From assembly GCF_963921235.1 (NCBI RefSeq), contig NC_086097.1, forward strand, positions 211,112,001 through 211,176,000: 64,000 nt of DNA. The letters are read 5' to 3'. Source of the DNA: Mobula hypostoma. Lineage: Eukaryota. The notes beneath the pieces were generated by a model, which worked only from the letters and a program-made list of their open reading frames with translations, was not told where the DNA came from and did no database searches. Of this stretch, positions 1 through 10,778 are shown piece after piece; the first letter of the stretch is position 1, and each line of letters opens with the position of its first letter. The position numbers and the translations under genes were made by a program.

Positions 1-30
1 ATTTATGAAAGCCAACATGCCAAAAGCTTT

Positions 31-65
31 TCCTGACGAAGGGTCTCGGCCTGAAACGTCGACTG
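31..65 (+). ncRNA. Minimal hammerhead ribozyme motif (helix I 5' arm truncated)
   Basis: CTGACGA 33-39, short helix II, GAAA 53-56, GTC 58-60, GACTG 61-65. Confidence 0.6.
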
Positions 66-160
66 CACCTCTTCCTAGAGATGCTACCTGGCCTGCTGCG
101 TTCACCAGCAACTTTTATGTGTGTTGCTTGAATTTCCAGCATCTGCAGAATTCCTGTTGT
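31..160 (+). mobile_element. Isolated Penelope terminal-repeat (pLTR) fragment with 14-bp target duplication
   Basis: Near-identical to the Penelope 3' end at 20683-20812 (reverse complement); flanked by ATGCCAAAAGCTTT at 17-30 and 161-174. Confidence 0.85.
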
Positions 161-1370
161 ATGCCAAAAGCTTTCTTTACAACCCCATCTACCTGTGACA
201 CCACTTTCACTGAATTATAGACCTAGAAACATAGAAAACCTATAGCATAATACAGGCCCTTCAGCCCACAAAGCTGTGCCAAACATGTCCTTACCTTAGA
301 ACTACCTAGGCTTACCCATAGCCCTCTATTTTTCTAAGCTCCATGTACCCATCCAGGAGTTTCTTAAAAGACCCTATCGTTTCCGCCTCCACCACCATTG
401 CCGGCAGCCCATTCCACACACTCACCATTCTCTGCGTAAAAAACTTACCCCTGATATCTCCTCTGTACCTACTTCCAAGCACCTTAAAACTATGCCCTCT
501 CGCACTTGCCATTTCAGCCCTAGGAAAAAGCCTCTGACTATCCACACGAACAATGCCTCTCATTATCTTGTACACCTCTATCAGGTCACCCCTTATCCTC
601 CGTCGCTCCAAGGAGAAAAGGCCGAGTTCACTCAACCTATTCTCTTAAGGCATGCTCCTGAATCCAGGCAACATTCCCAGATCCCTTTGTTCTACCACAC
701 TCCTCAGTACTCTACCATTCAGTCTCTGATAAAAGAATAGATTTCTTGCAGTATGTCTTAACGCCACCCCAAGTAATTTCTTTTTTTGTCATCTGACAAG
801 AACCTAACACATACTGTCTGGTTTTATCTCTCTTTGGACTGATAAATAGGCTCTACTTGTCACATTTCCTCAAAACCTTTGACTCTCAATCGGTGTAGGT
901 TAGAATAACTAATTGATTTGTTTGACTGGGTGCTTGAAAGATAAATTTAAGTATGGACTTACTGCACTTGGATTCTAATCCATTACAACAGTGAAAAGCA
1001 ATTACTCCAAGAGTGCCCAGCGATTGTTGTTTTGGGACATTGGAGGCCTTCCCTAACTTATAAATGCCTAACGTTTGTACAGCTGTTACATACAAACAAA
1101 CATTTGGAAGACTAGCACGATGAATTTGCCAGCAGCTCTGGGGCAGCCAGGTGGGTACTCGATTTGCACTGCATTTCTGGCTTGCAAACTGGTTGGGTTA
1201 TGAACATTTCACATGAACAGAACCCTGAGCAGGACCTGTGTCGCACTTTACATGAATATGTTATGCAAAGCAGTGACACAAGCTGTATTCTAATCCGAAC
1301 CAGAATAGGTGGACCTGGTTTACATTCATGCTAAACTTTTAAAAATCCTAAAACTGAATGTAGTCTGACT

Positions 1371-2020
1371 TGGTTTCTGATGAAGTGTCTCGGTCCAAAT
1401 CATCGACCATTTATTCCCCTCCATCATCATCATCATGGCTTGGCTTCGCAAACAAAGATTTAGGAAGGAGGCTGCCCACGTCTGCTGCAAGCTCGAGGCC
1501 AATACACGACAGGCAGATCTGGTCACAGCGGCTGCAAGGGAAATTCTGTTCTGGGTTTGGTGCTGCTGTGTCACGGTTCTTCCTCCTTCTCCTTTTGTCC
1601 TCAGTGCCAGCCCTGCATGTGTTCTCGAAGGAGGAGACAGACTGGTGAATGGTGTGTTGCCAGGCCTCGCGATCAGAGGCTAGATTAGACCGCTGGCAAT
1701 GATCAATGTGACAGGCACCAAGGGATTTCTTCAGAGAGTCCTTGTACCTCTTCTTCGGTGCCCCTCTGTCATGGTGGCCAGTGGAGAGGTCGCCATACAG
1801 CACAATCTTGGGCAGGCGATGATCCTCCATCCTGGAGACGTGCCCCGCCCAGAGCAGCTGCATCTTCAACAGCATGGCCTCGATGCTGGTGAGCTCCGCC
1901 TGTTCAAGGACTTCGATGTTGGTGATGAAATCCTCCATAGATGCTGCCTAACTTGCTGTGCTCCTCCAGTATTTTCTGTGTGTTTATCAAGATTTCCAGC
2001 ATCTGCGGAATCTCTTGTGC
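1371..2020 (+). mobile_element. Old pLTR-derived short element split by an RTE insertion
   Basis: Decayed core CTGATGAagtgtctcggtccAAA at 1377-1399; resumes at 1939 with agatgctgcc...ttccagcatctgcggaatctcttgtg, matching the Penelope terminus. Confidence 0.6.
1425..1931 (-). mobile_element. RTE-clade LINE 3' fragment
   Basis: ORF 1411..1938: QLLWAGHVSRMEDHRLPKIVLYG...GAPKKRYKDSLK plus C-terminal Cys motif; (ATG)n tail at 1422-1436; putative TSD CCTCCAT at 1418-1424 and 1932-1938. Confidence 0.8.
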
Positions 2021-2104
2021 TTATGGCTTGCTTCCAGTCCTCATCAGATGATCAGAGGTGCAGAGGGTCAGCAACTTTAATTTCATCGTGGTTATTATTT
2101 CAAA

Positions 2105-2805
2105 GGATCTGTCCTGGGTCCAGCATGTAAGTGCAATTATACAGAAAGCATGGCAGTGCCTGTGCTTCCTTAGGAGTTTGAGAAGATTTTGCATGAACAT
2201 CTAAAACTTTGACAACCTTCTATTGATGTGTAGTGGAGAGTATAGTGACTGGCTGCGCCACAGCCTGCCCTTGAATAGCAAATCCTTCAAAAAATAGTAG
2301 ACTTGGCCCAGGTCATCATGGGTAAAGCCCTCCCCACCCTTGAGCACATCTACACAAAGCATTGTCGCAGGAAAGCAGCCTCCATCACCACCTAGGACAT
2401 GCTCTCTTCTCACTGCTGCCATCAAGAAGGAGATACAGGAGCCTCCGGTCTCACACCACCAGGTTCAGGAACAGTTATTACCTCTGAACCATCAGGCTCC
2501 TGAACCAAAATTGATAACTTCACTCAAATGTCCCATCACTGAATCGTTCCCACAACCAATGGACTCACTTTCAAGGACTCTTCATCTCATGTTCTCAATA
2601 ATCATTGCTTGTTTATTTATTTTTACTCTTTCCATTTTTGTATTTACACATTTTGTTTCTTTTGCACACTGGTTAAATGCCCAAGTTGGTACGGTCTTTC
2701 ATTGAATCTTTTCTGGTTATTCTCCCGTTATGGATTTGAGTATGCCTGCAAAAAATGAATATCAGGGTTGTATGTGGACACATATATGTATTTTGAACTT
2801 TGAAC
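2105..2805 (+). mobile_element. Rex1/Babar-type LINE 3' fragment
   Basis: Decayed KARQRLYFLRSLRRF...TNFY...ESI region, similar to 63018-63504; GAACTTT-type tail at about 2794-2805. Confidence 0.7.
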
Positions 2806-2809
2806 CCAT

Positions 2810-3310
2810 TATAGATTTATTGTAGTCCTCTCAAAATGAATGCTAACGTTGAATTTGCTTTCCTTACCACTGATGCAATCTGCAAGTTAACCTTGAGGGA
2901 ATCTTGCACAAAGACTTAAGTCCCGTTGCACCTCTGATGTTCAAGTTTTCTCCCTGTTTAGAATAAAGTCTACACCTTTATTCCTTCTGCCAACGTGCAT
3001 GACCATACACTTCCCTGTGCTCTATTCCATCTGTCACTTCTTTGCCCCATCTCCCAATCTCTCTTAAGTCCTTCTGCAGACTGCCTGTTTCCTTAGCACT
3101 ACCTGCCCCTGCACCTATTTTCGTCATGTAAACAAACTTGGCCGTAATGTCATCAATTCTGCCATCCAAATCATTGACATATGACAATACCCTCTAAACT
3201 ACTTATCCATTATCCTAAAACTGTTCCATCTAATTTTATACATCTCTGTTATGGTGAAAAGTTTACTACTAATTACCCTATCTACATCTCTCACAATTTT
3301 GTAAAGCTCT
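2810..3310 (-). mobile_element. Decayed CR1 RT fragments
   Basis: ORF 2978..3187 (YVNDLD...AKF..TKIG...SLQKDL) is a degenerate CR1 RT FADD region. Confidence 0.7.
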
Positions 3311-4972
3311 ATGAGGTTTTTGCTGCAGTGCTCAATTGCATGATGTCAGATTTTATGTAAACATGACCAGAAATATATAATTATTAAAATGAAACTAAAT
3401 TGAATGAGTGGGAAAGCCCAGGGTTGGTTTTGTTACACAATGCAATAGTGCTCAACTTTAATACTGAGGTTTCTAAACCAAGAAAATGGTTGAATTCAGA
3501 AGAATTGGTTCAGAAATGATGGTCAGTCAAAACTTGCATGTAGGCAGACCAATGGCTGCTAAAGTTCAGAACAAACTTGAATAAAGTACTATACATCATA
3601 AGGAAAATGCCTGTGTATGAATTTCAATGTATAGTTCATTTTAATTGTGTTTGCCTTACTTGGCATGAGATGAAGTTAGCACACAACAACTTCCCATTTT
3701 AATCAATTTGGTAATTAATATACCAAAACAAGCTTTGCATATTCAACAATGCATATCCAACAGATTGGATTATAGAGTTGATATATTATCAGTGTGAAAT
3801 GAGACTAGGTTGAATGATGTCACAGGGATGGGTAGATATCTTTCACCAGGAAGCATTGATCTTAGCACCCAATAAGTAAAAGAGAACTGTTATTTCCTAT
3901 CTCCAACAGTTCCAATCAAATGGAACTTTAGCAAAGATGGTGTGAAATATTCACTAAATAACCCATCTTTTGTATCTCTTATTTTTCAGAACTAACAAAT
4001 GAATAGAACATTTAATGAATATTTCTGTATCATAACCTTTCTTCAGCTGTGGCCTTATCAATTTAATGATCTACAGCTCTATCACTTATGCATTAGCAGT
4101 AAAGATCAATCATGCATTAATTCATTTATTCAACACTTCATTCATGTCTGCGACAGCAAAGGAATTCCCTTTATGGTTCTTATATTAATAATTGCTCTGT
4201 TACGACTATGCTATGCTGGATCCAATAAAATGTGATGGAGATTTTTGATAAATATTTCCTGAAGCGGTTTCATGCAAAGCAAATACTTAAAAGAGAATGG
4301 TTTCATTAATTTTAATTAAGGTATCCACAATAATGACAATGCTTTCTGTACATTTGGATATAAAGGTGCATTCATTCTTCAGTTTTGATTTTCTTACTTC
4401 AGACATAATTTCCGACTTCAAGCCAACAGGAACTTGGACAAATATAAACTACAAAGAGTAACTACTGCATTAACAAAAGAAGTACAAACCATTTTCAAAA
4501 AGGAGAATGCCATGACATTAAGAATTTGAGAGACAATATCTTCTGCCATACTCCTAGCATTATGTAATAACATTTATTTTGACACAGTGCCAAAGGGAAG
4601 TCCTAAATCTTACATAGGTAATGAAAGGACACAGACATGTGGTTCCAGGACTGAACTCCTGAAACATCTCAAAAAACAAATTTATTGTAGACATCGCTTT
4701 CCAAATAAAGATCAGATGATGATGATTCCAAAAAGTGCCCGGGAACATGGCACCATTTCTTCAGCACAAACCTCACCTAAGGAAGTGATCTAGGTGAAAA
4801 CCAGTTCAGGGCTGATGGGGTGATTGAGAATGGGAAGGTTTTCTTATGGAGTTTTTGATATGTTTGAACTAGATGGACTTAAGAACTTGTTCTAATGCTG
4901 ATGTTTCAATGCAAGTAAAAGTATTGTGCATTTCCTTTCTACACATTCCATAGTTCTAATATACTGACAACC

Positions 4973-5166
4973 CACAAAATGTTCTCTGTTACACAAATTA
5001 AATCCTTCGTACTTTTAAATTATTGTGTTATTGTACAAGTTTGTTTCAAACAAACATTATCACCCTCACACACACAAAATGTTCTCTGTTACACAAATTA
5101 AATCCTTCGTACTTTTAAATTATTCTGTTATTGTACAAGTTTGTTTCAAACAAACATTATCACCCT
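4973..5166. repeat. Tandem duplication, period 100 bp
   Basis: 4973-5066 is repeated at 5073-5166 with one mismatch. Confidence 0.95.
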
Positions 5167-5295
5167 TATGATCAATTTTACAATTGAATTTTCAAAACTC
5201 AGAGAATTAAAGATTTTATCAGAATTTTAGTGTTTTGGCAAAATCAGCTACCAAGTCCAAATATTGGCGATTTGTAATCAGGACTGGAAATGGGA

Positions 5296-5870
5296 ACATA
5301 GAAAACCTACAGCACAATACAGGCCCTTTGGCCCACAATGCTGTGCCAAACATACCCTTACTTTAGAAATTACCTAGGGTTACCCACAGCCCTCTATTTT
5401 CCTAAGCTTGATGTACCTATCCAGGAGTCTCTTAAAAGACCCTATCGTATCCGCCTCCACCATGTCGCAGGAAGCCCATTACATGCACTCGCCACTCTGT
5501 GTAAAAAACTTATCCCTGACATTTCCGCTGTACCTGCTTCCAAGCACCTTAAAAATGAACCTCTCATGTTAGCCATTTCAACCTTGGGAAGAAGCCTCTA
5601 ACTATCCACACGATCAATGCCTCTCATCATCTTATACACCTCTATCAGGTCACCTCTTATCCTCCGTCACTCCAAGCAGAAAAAGGACGAGTTCACTCAA
5701 CCTATCCTCATAAGGCAACATTCTTGCAAATCTCCTCCGCACCCTTTCTATGGTTTCCATGTCCTTCCTGTAGTGAGGCGACCAGAACTGAGCACAGTAC
5801 TCCAAGTGGGGTCTGACCTGGGTCCTATATAGCTGCAACATTACCTCTTGGCTCCTAAAATCAATCCTTA
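5296..5870 (-). mobile_element. CR1 LINE 3' fragment
   Basis: ORF 5650..5841 (LYRTQVRPHLEYCAQFWSPHYRKD); same subfamily as 224-675. Confidence 0.85.
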
Positions 5871-6127
5871 TATTCTAATGTGAGCTTGGTATACAAGGAT
5901 TGTGAGCAAAAAGAGAAAATACTAGAAATACTGAGGAAATAAGGCAGAGAAAAAAATAAAACAAACTGCTGGAGGATCTCTGTAGTTCAGAGAATCAGGG
6001 AGGCAGAGGGAAGATCGTCATATCAGGTCAAATACATGCTTCAGGACATCTGCAATCTCTTGTGTCTCCAGTGGAGAAAATATGCTAACATTTCAGCTCA
6101 TAAGTTGTGATGAAAGATTATAAACTG

Positions 6128-6308
6128 GTTACAGCTCAGGGTCTCAGAGTTCAGAGTTCAATTCCGGAGCCATCTGTCAGAAGTTAGTACATTCTTTCAG
6201 TGACTGCATGGATTTCCTCCAGAGGATTTGATTTCCTCCCACATTTTAAATATATACAGGTTAGTAGGTTAATTGTTATTGTAAATTGTCCTATCATTAG
6301 GCACGGGT
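6128..6308 (+). mobile_element. V-SINE (HE1-like), 5' part; its 3' part is at about 12274-12347
   Basis: B-box-like gttcaattcc; V-core-like tttcctcc...tttcctcccaca...ggttaattg...gtaaattgtcc; collinear with the copy at about 61105-61330. Confidence 0.65.
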
Positions 6309-6648
6309 GAAGAAAGTGCGCATGCGCCGGTCGTGAATGCAGCCTGTTACAGCCGTTCCAATCAGTATTCTTACTTTTTAACTTAAGTTACTTTTTGTAT
6401 TTTTTTTCCTCACGGTAACACGTGGAAGCTGCACCCTCTCTAACATGCTGGTAGAGAGAGTTTTATTTGGGTTTTTAGCGCTGGAAATAGTTGCATTCTG
6501 ACATGTCTCAGTAGCGGGACAGAAGCATGGTCACATTGTTCATTCCAGGGACCAACTGCTTGCACTTATGCCAGCCGGTTTAGTGAGCAGAGCGGCGGAC
6601 ACCCCTTCTGAAATCTGGAGGAAAACACACAGAGGATGCAGAGGGGGA

Positions 6649-7506
6649 TGTTACGTACCCCGTAACTGGGTTGCCAAACCAGCAGAAATGGATCACTCAG
6701 TTGGAGTCTGGAGTACTAGAACTAAGAAAGTTTTATTAAAGAGACAAGCAACACAGTAATCGAAAGGATAATAAATGCAACAATTCAACAATGATAACCA
6801 CACATGTACACAGAATTAAGATAACAGCACCAATCAAGCTCTATCGTTGTCTAGGGGTTAAATGACCAATTTCAAAATGACTCAAAGTTCAGTCCAGTTT
6901 GTAGTTCAGTTCGCAGTAATCGTTGCCATGGCGATGGACAAGGTGGGGGGAGAGAGACAGAATGGGAACAACTGATCATTCAGCACAGCTTCACTCACAG
7001 ACCAGCGGGATGGCTCACAAACAGCTTTTGGGCAGGTCCTTGGTGATGTCACCTGAGGTCACCGACTGTGACCCCTCCTCCAGATGCGGTCGATCCTCTG
7101 CAGTGAACCCGGCACCCAGGCAAGGGCGGACACACACCGGGTTCCCGCTGATCGTACCTTTCCACCCTTGTCGTTGTCTGGGACTTCTCACCCACTCGTG
7201 AGAAGCGCACCGCTTCCAGGGTCTCGTTACCTCGGGTGGCGTGTGTGTCTGTCTTAGCGAACCTGTCCCTTTTTATCCCCCTGCTGGGGTATCGCCTGTC
7301 CATCACTTCAAACAGTTCAGGGCTCAAAGGGGGGAGCCGCTCCAGACAGCTCTTCCTCCCACATCCCTTCATTACACATCTCCAGACGCTGCTCCATTGT
7401 TCCTTATCTCTCCTTCCCCTGAGGGCAGGTGGCAGACCAACTGCTGATGCCACTGATGCTAGCCCAGGCCAGCAAACATCTTAATTTTATGTGTATTCTC
7501 GTAACA
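6649..7506 (-). repeat. 3' LTR (858 bp)
   Basis: Matches 10779-11636 except 3 substitutions seen by eye (6808, 7008, 7160). Confidence 0.97.
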
Positions 7507-7518
7507 CTTCCCCCCTTT
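7507..7518 (-). promoter_or_regulatory. Polypurine tract
   Basis: Minus strand AAAGGGGGGAAG immediately before the 3' LTR. Confidence 0.85.
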
Positions 7519-7706
7519 AAGGATTTTTACCGGGAGGTAAAAATTACAAACATGACTACATTATCTGATACCTACACAATATACATCTTTAACAGTTATT
7601 TAGCTAATACAGAGAATTTGAAGCTGTCAACACCTTGACAGACAGTCATCACATTTTCTGTTCCTTTTACACGTGTTATTAATAATCCCTTAGACCAGGC
7701 TCCAAC

Positions 7707-10679
7707 TCAGCAAACTTCATAGTGGCCAAAAACACTGATGAATTGCGACCAATGTAACCTCTCATTTGGTTTTTGTCCCGGACCACAACAACAAGGGTCG
7801 TCCCATTCCGACTCAATTTTCTCTCGCAAGGGCTTAGTAGGAGGGGGACGGGTATTGACCGCAGAGTTATTGCAAAACTTCCTGCAGTACCCCACCATCT
7901 CCAAGAGCCTTCTGAGGGCCCTCTTGTCTGTCGGGGTTGGGAGGTCAGCGATAGCCTGCACTGTAGCTTGCATCACTGCCAGCTGCCCCTGTGTCACCAC
8001 AATTCCCAGGTAAGTGACTCTCGTGTGGCCGAATTCATTTTTTCCAAGGCTCACTATCACGCTGGCTTCAGACAGCCGTGTTAAATTGCCAATACACACC
8101 TCTGTGTTCATCAGCCCTTTAGTCACTGAATTACTCAAAAAATATGGGTGTTGTTTGCTTGGCCGCCCTATTGTAACAGACATAACCCAACGTCCCAGTT
8201 CTTTGCATTTCCTCGGGACAATCGAACACATGGGTGCGAGTCGTTTAATTACTCCTTCGGGGATTAAGGGAGAGACCTTATCAGTAGACCTGGCCAAAAC
8301 AATAGCCTTCTCCCATCTGACCGATCCCATCCTAATCTTTTCAAAATGGTTTTTTCCTCTTATCAAGGGGCCCCTAGCTTCATTGATTTCCACGCTAACA
8401 CCGACTAGGTTTGTTAGCATATCAAAAGCCGGTGACCGTCTCAGTTCGCGTCGGTCATGATCAATAACATTTTTCCCCCTGGGCAGCCGGTAACTCTCTT
8501 TCATGATTCCACCAACTGTTTCCTCCAGCACCGCAAAATGTCCACCGGGGGGTACCTCGTGGGCCATGTTAAAAACCTCATCCCCATAACTCTTTTGCAC
8601 CACCCCCCACTCCTCATCTGCGGATGCTGTACTTGATTTCCCTTTCTTCCTTAGCACTTCCTCATCCGCACAATAGCCTACTAGTTCCCTTGTCAAGGCT
8701 GTGTCAGAGAGAGCTGTCTCGGCCAAAACCATCAGCCCCTCGTCTCGCTCCTGCGTCTGCACAAATTCTTTCCTGGCTACTGCTACGTCCGTCCCAGCTC
8801 CCTCACTACCTCTTATCTCACTACACCCTGTCTCATACAAGGTTGGCAGAAATGTTTCAGCCAAATTCACCATCGCGGGCGGGGCCTCCATGCTGGCAGG
8901 CTGACCCGTCAATCTCACGACTGGGAACACGATCCCTCCGGCGATGTCATTACCGAGCAAGACTTCCACGTCTTTCATCGGTAATTCGGACCTCACCCCA
9001 ATCGTGACTAGTCCAGAGACCAGGTTGCTCTGTAAATGTATCTGGTGCAAAGGGACTGACTCTGTCCCTTCCCCAACACCTTTGACCTCTACCTCCCCAG
9101 TCTGGGTCTCTGAGCTAAACTCTAATACACTCTTCAGTATTAGTGACTGACACGCTCCCGTGTCTCTCCAGATCCGCACTGGAACTGGTTTTAACCTCTC
9201 CTTCACTGACACCAGTCCGGCCGAGATAAACCTCTCGCGCCCTTCCTGGACTTTTTCAGACCTGTCCTTCCCTAGCGGTTCGCTTAACAGCTCGATACAG
9301 CCATTCAAAATTTCCGCTTTTCCTTTCCCCGTCTCCTTCCTTGGGGCAAAGCACCTGGACGCAAAGTGTCCGACTTTCCCACAATTATAACAGACGACCC
9401 CAGGAGACTTCCTACCAGACTGCTCCCGGTCTACCTTATCCTTTTCACTAGTCCCCGGCTTACTTTCTGACTTTTCCGGCGGACTCTCCCCGCCGTCCTG
9501 ACTACCCTTCTGGTAGCCTTTACTCGGGGCAACCTTCATTTTATGCGTCAACGCATACTCATCCGCTAACTTAGCAGTTGCGGCTAACGTGGCTGCCTCT
9601 TTCTCATCGAGGTAGGGTCTCATACCCTCAGGGACACAACCTTTAAACTGCTCAATCAGAACCAGTTGCAGCAGTCTGTCATAATCCCCCTCTACCCCTT
9701 TCGAGGCGCACCAACGCTCACAATATGTTTGCATCTCACGAGCAAACTCCAAATACGTGCGGTCCCACCGCTTCCTCGCATTCCGGAACCTCTGCCGGTA
9801 TGCCTCCGGGACCAACTCATAAATCCTGAGGATGGCCTCCTTCACCACCTCATACTTCTGGGCATCTTCCGCGGATAAGGCGGAGTAAGCTTGTTGGGCC
9901 TTCCCTTTCAGTACACTCTGAAGTAAGACAACCCACTTATCCCTCGGCCATTCCTGACTTATGGCCACTTTTTCGAAATGGAGAAAGTACCGATCCACAT
10001 CGGTATCGTCAAAGGGGGGAACCAGCCTAACCTCCTGGGTCGCCCAGAACCCTCCACCTTGGTTCGGCACGAGCCCCTGCTCGGCCCTTATCTTTAACTT
10101 CTCCAGCTCAAATTCCCTTTCCCTCTGTTTCTCCTCTCTCTCCAACTGTCTGTCCCTCTCTCTCTCTTCTCTCTCCAACTGTCTGTCCCTCTCTCTCTCT
10201 TCTCTCTCCAACTGTCTTTCTCTCTCTTGCCTTTCTACCTCCTTCTCTCTCTCCCGCCTTTCTAACTCTCTCTCTTTCTCCTGCCTTTCTAACTCTCTCT
10301 CTTTCTCCTGCCTTTCTAACTCTCTCTCTTTCTCCTGCCTTTCTAACTCTCTCTCTTTCTCCTGCCTTTCTAACTCTCTCTCTTTCTCCTGCCTTTCTAA
10401 CTGCCGTACCCGGAACTCGTGCTCGAGTCTCAGTTTTTCAAGCTGTACCTGTACCGCGTCTCCAGCAGGTTTTTCAATAGACACCTCCCCCAGCTCACCT
10501 TGGGGAAACACACCTTTAGATACATAGTGCTCTACAATAGCTCTGTGTATCTCCTCTCTCCTCATTGTCGACTTCACCTTAGCAAGATTCACCCGTTTTG
10601 CCACAGCTATCAATTCCGATTTCCTGGCATCCTCTAATGCCTCCAAGGTCGGCGCCTTTATAAATTCCTCAACCTCCAT
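7707..10679 (-). CDS. Gag-protease polyprotein with vestigial integrase and RT segments (990 aa)
   Basis: Gmr1-type capsid/SCAN-related region (VPPFDDTDVDRYFLHFEKVA...ELVPEAYRQRFR), zinc knuckle CYNCGKVGHFASRC, protease IWRDTGACQS, IN zinc half-motif AHEVPPGGH, KQHPY, RT thumb region TYLG...RALRRLLEMVGYCRKF; no YxDD, RNase H or DDE core. Confidence 0.88.
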   Translation of the reverse strand: MEVEEFIKAPTLEALEDARKSELIAVAKRVNLAKVKSTMRREEIHRAIVEHYVSKGVFPQGELGEVSIEKPAGDAVQVQLEKLRLEHEFRVRQLERQEKERELERQEKERELERQEKERELERQEKERELERQEKERELERREREKEVERQERERQLEREERERDRQLEREERERDRQLEREEKQREREFELEKLKIRAEQGLVPNQGGGFWATQEVRLVPPFDDTDVDRYFLHFEKVAISQEWPRDKWVVLLQSVLKGKAQQAYSALSAEDAQKYEVVKEAILRIYELVPEAYRQRFRNARKRWDRTYLEFAREMQTYCERWCASKGVEGDYDRLLQLVLIEQFKGCVPEGMRPYLDEKEAATLAATAKLADEYALTHKMKVAPSKGYQKGSQDGGESPPEKSESKPGTSEKDKVDREQSGRKSPGVVCYNCGKVGHFASRCFAPRKETGKGKAEILNGCIELLSEPLGKDRSEKVQEGRERFISAGLVSVKERLKPVPVRIWRDTGACQSLILKSVLEFSSETQTGEVEVKGVGEGTESVPLHQIHLQSNLVSGLVTIGVRSELPMKDVEVLLGNDIAGGIVFPVVRLTGQPASMEAPPAMVNLAETFLPTLYETGCSEIRGSEGAGTDVAVARKEFVQTQERDEGLMVLAETALSDTALTRELVGYCADEEVLRKKGKSSTASADEEWGVVQKSYGDEVFNMAHEVPPGGHFAVLEETVGGIMKESYRLPRGKNVIDHDRRELRRSPAFDMLTNLVGVSVEINEARGPLIRGKNHFEKIRMGSVRWEKAIVLARSTDKVSPLIPEGVIKRLAPMCSIVPRKCKELGRWVMSVTIGRPSKQHPYFLSNSVTKGLMNTEVCIGNLTRLSEASVIVSLGKNEFGHTRVTYLGIVVTQGQLAVMQATVQAIADLPTPTDKRALRRLLEMVGYCRKFCNNSAVNTRPPPTKPLREKIESEWDDPCCCGPGQKPNERLHWSQFISVFGHYEVC
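10256..10402. repeat. 27-bp coding tandem repeat, about 5.4 copies (ERQEKEREL)
   Basis: Unit GCCTTTCTAACTCTCTCTCTTTCTCCT at 10256, 10283, 10310, 10337, 10364 and partially 10391; adjacent 33-bp repeats (RQLEREERERD) at about 10135-10216. Confidence 0.95.
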
Positions 10680-10755
10680 TTCTGCTGTTTGTCTTTTCTT
10701 TCTTTCGGGAATTTTAACCCAATCAATTTACTCCGTCCCAAATTTAGCGTTCAAA

Positions 10756-10774
10756 ATCGCGGACGAGAACCCCA
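10756..10774 (-). promoter_or_regulatory. Primer-binding site, tRNA-Pro-like (imperfect)
   Basis: Minus strand TGGGGTTCTCGTCCGCGAT, 4 nt inside the 5' LTR, versus canonical Pro PBS TGGGGGCTCGTCCGGGAT. Confidence 0.75.
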
Positions 10775-10778
10775 CTTA

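Larger units (their letters stand above)
1..720 (-). mobile_element. CR1 LINE 3' fragments (two nested pieces), interrupted by a Penelope terminal-repeat insertion
   Basis: ORF 312..635 (ELGLFSLERRRIRGDLIEVYKI...RGHSFK...KFFTQR) is the CR1 ORF2 C-terminus; TTCTATGT-type tail near 224-237. Confidence 0.85.

Noticed and set aside
4588..4617. Possible 30-nt microexon (ttttgacacag|...ACATAG|gtaatg)
   Set aside because: Splice-like signals alone, with no recognisable peptide and no partner exons; expected by chance
6923..7484. Duplicated small ORFs (also at 11053-11614)
   Set aside because: Incidental frames within the two LTR copies
10135..10402. CRISPR-like array
   Set aside because: Contiguous coding tandem repeats without unique spacers, in eukaryotic context
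9961..10527. Ser/Leu/Cys repeat ORF on the plus strand
   Set aside because: Antisense shadow of the Gag tandem repeat
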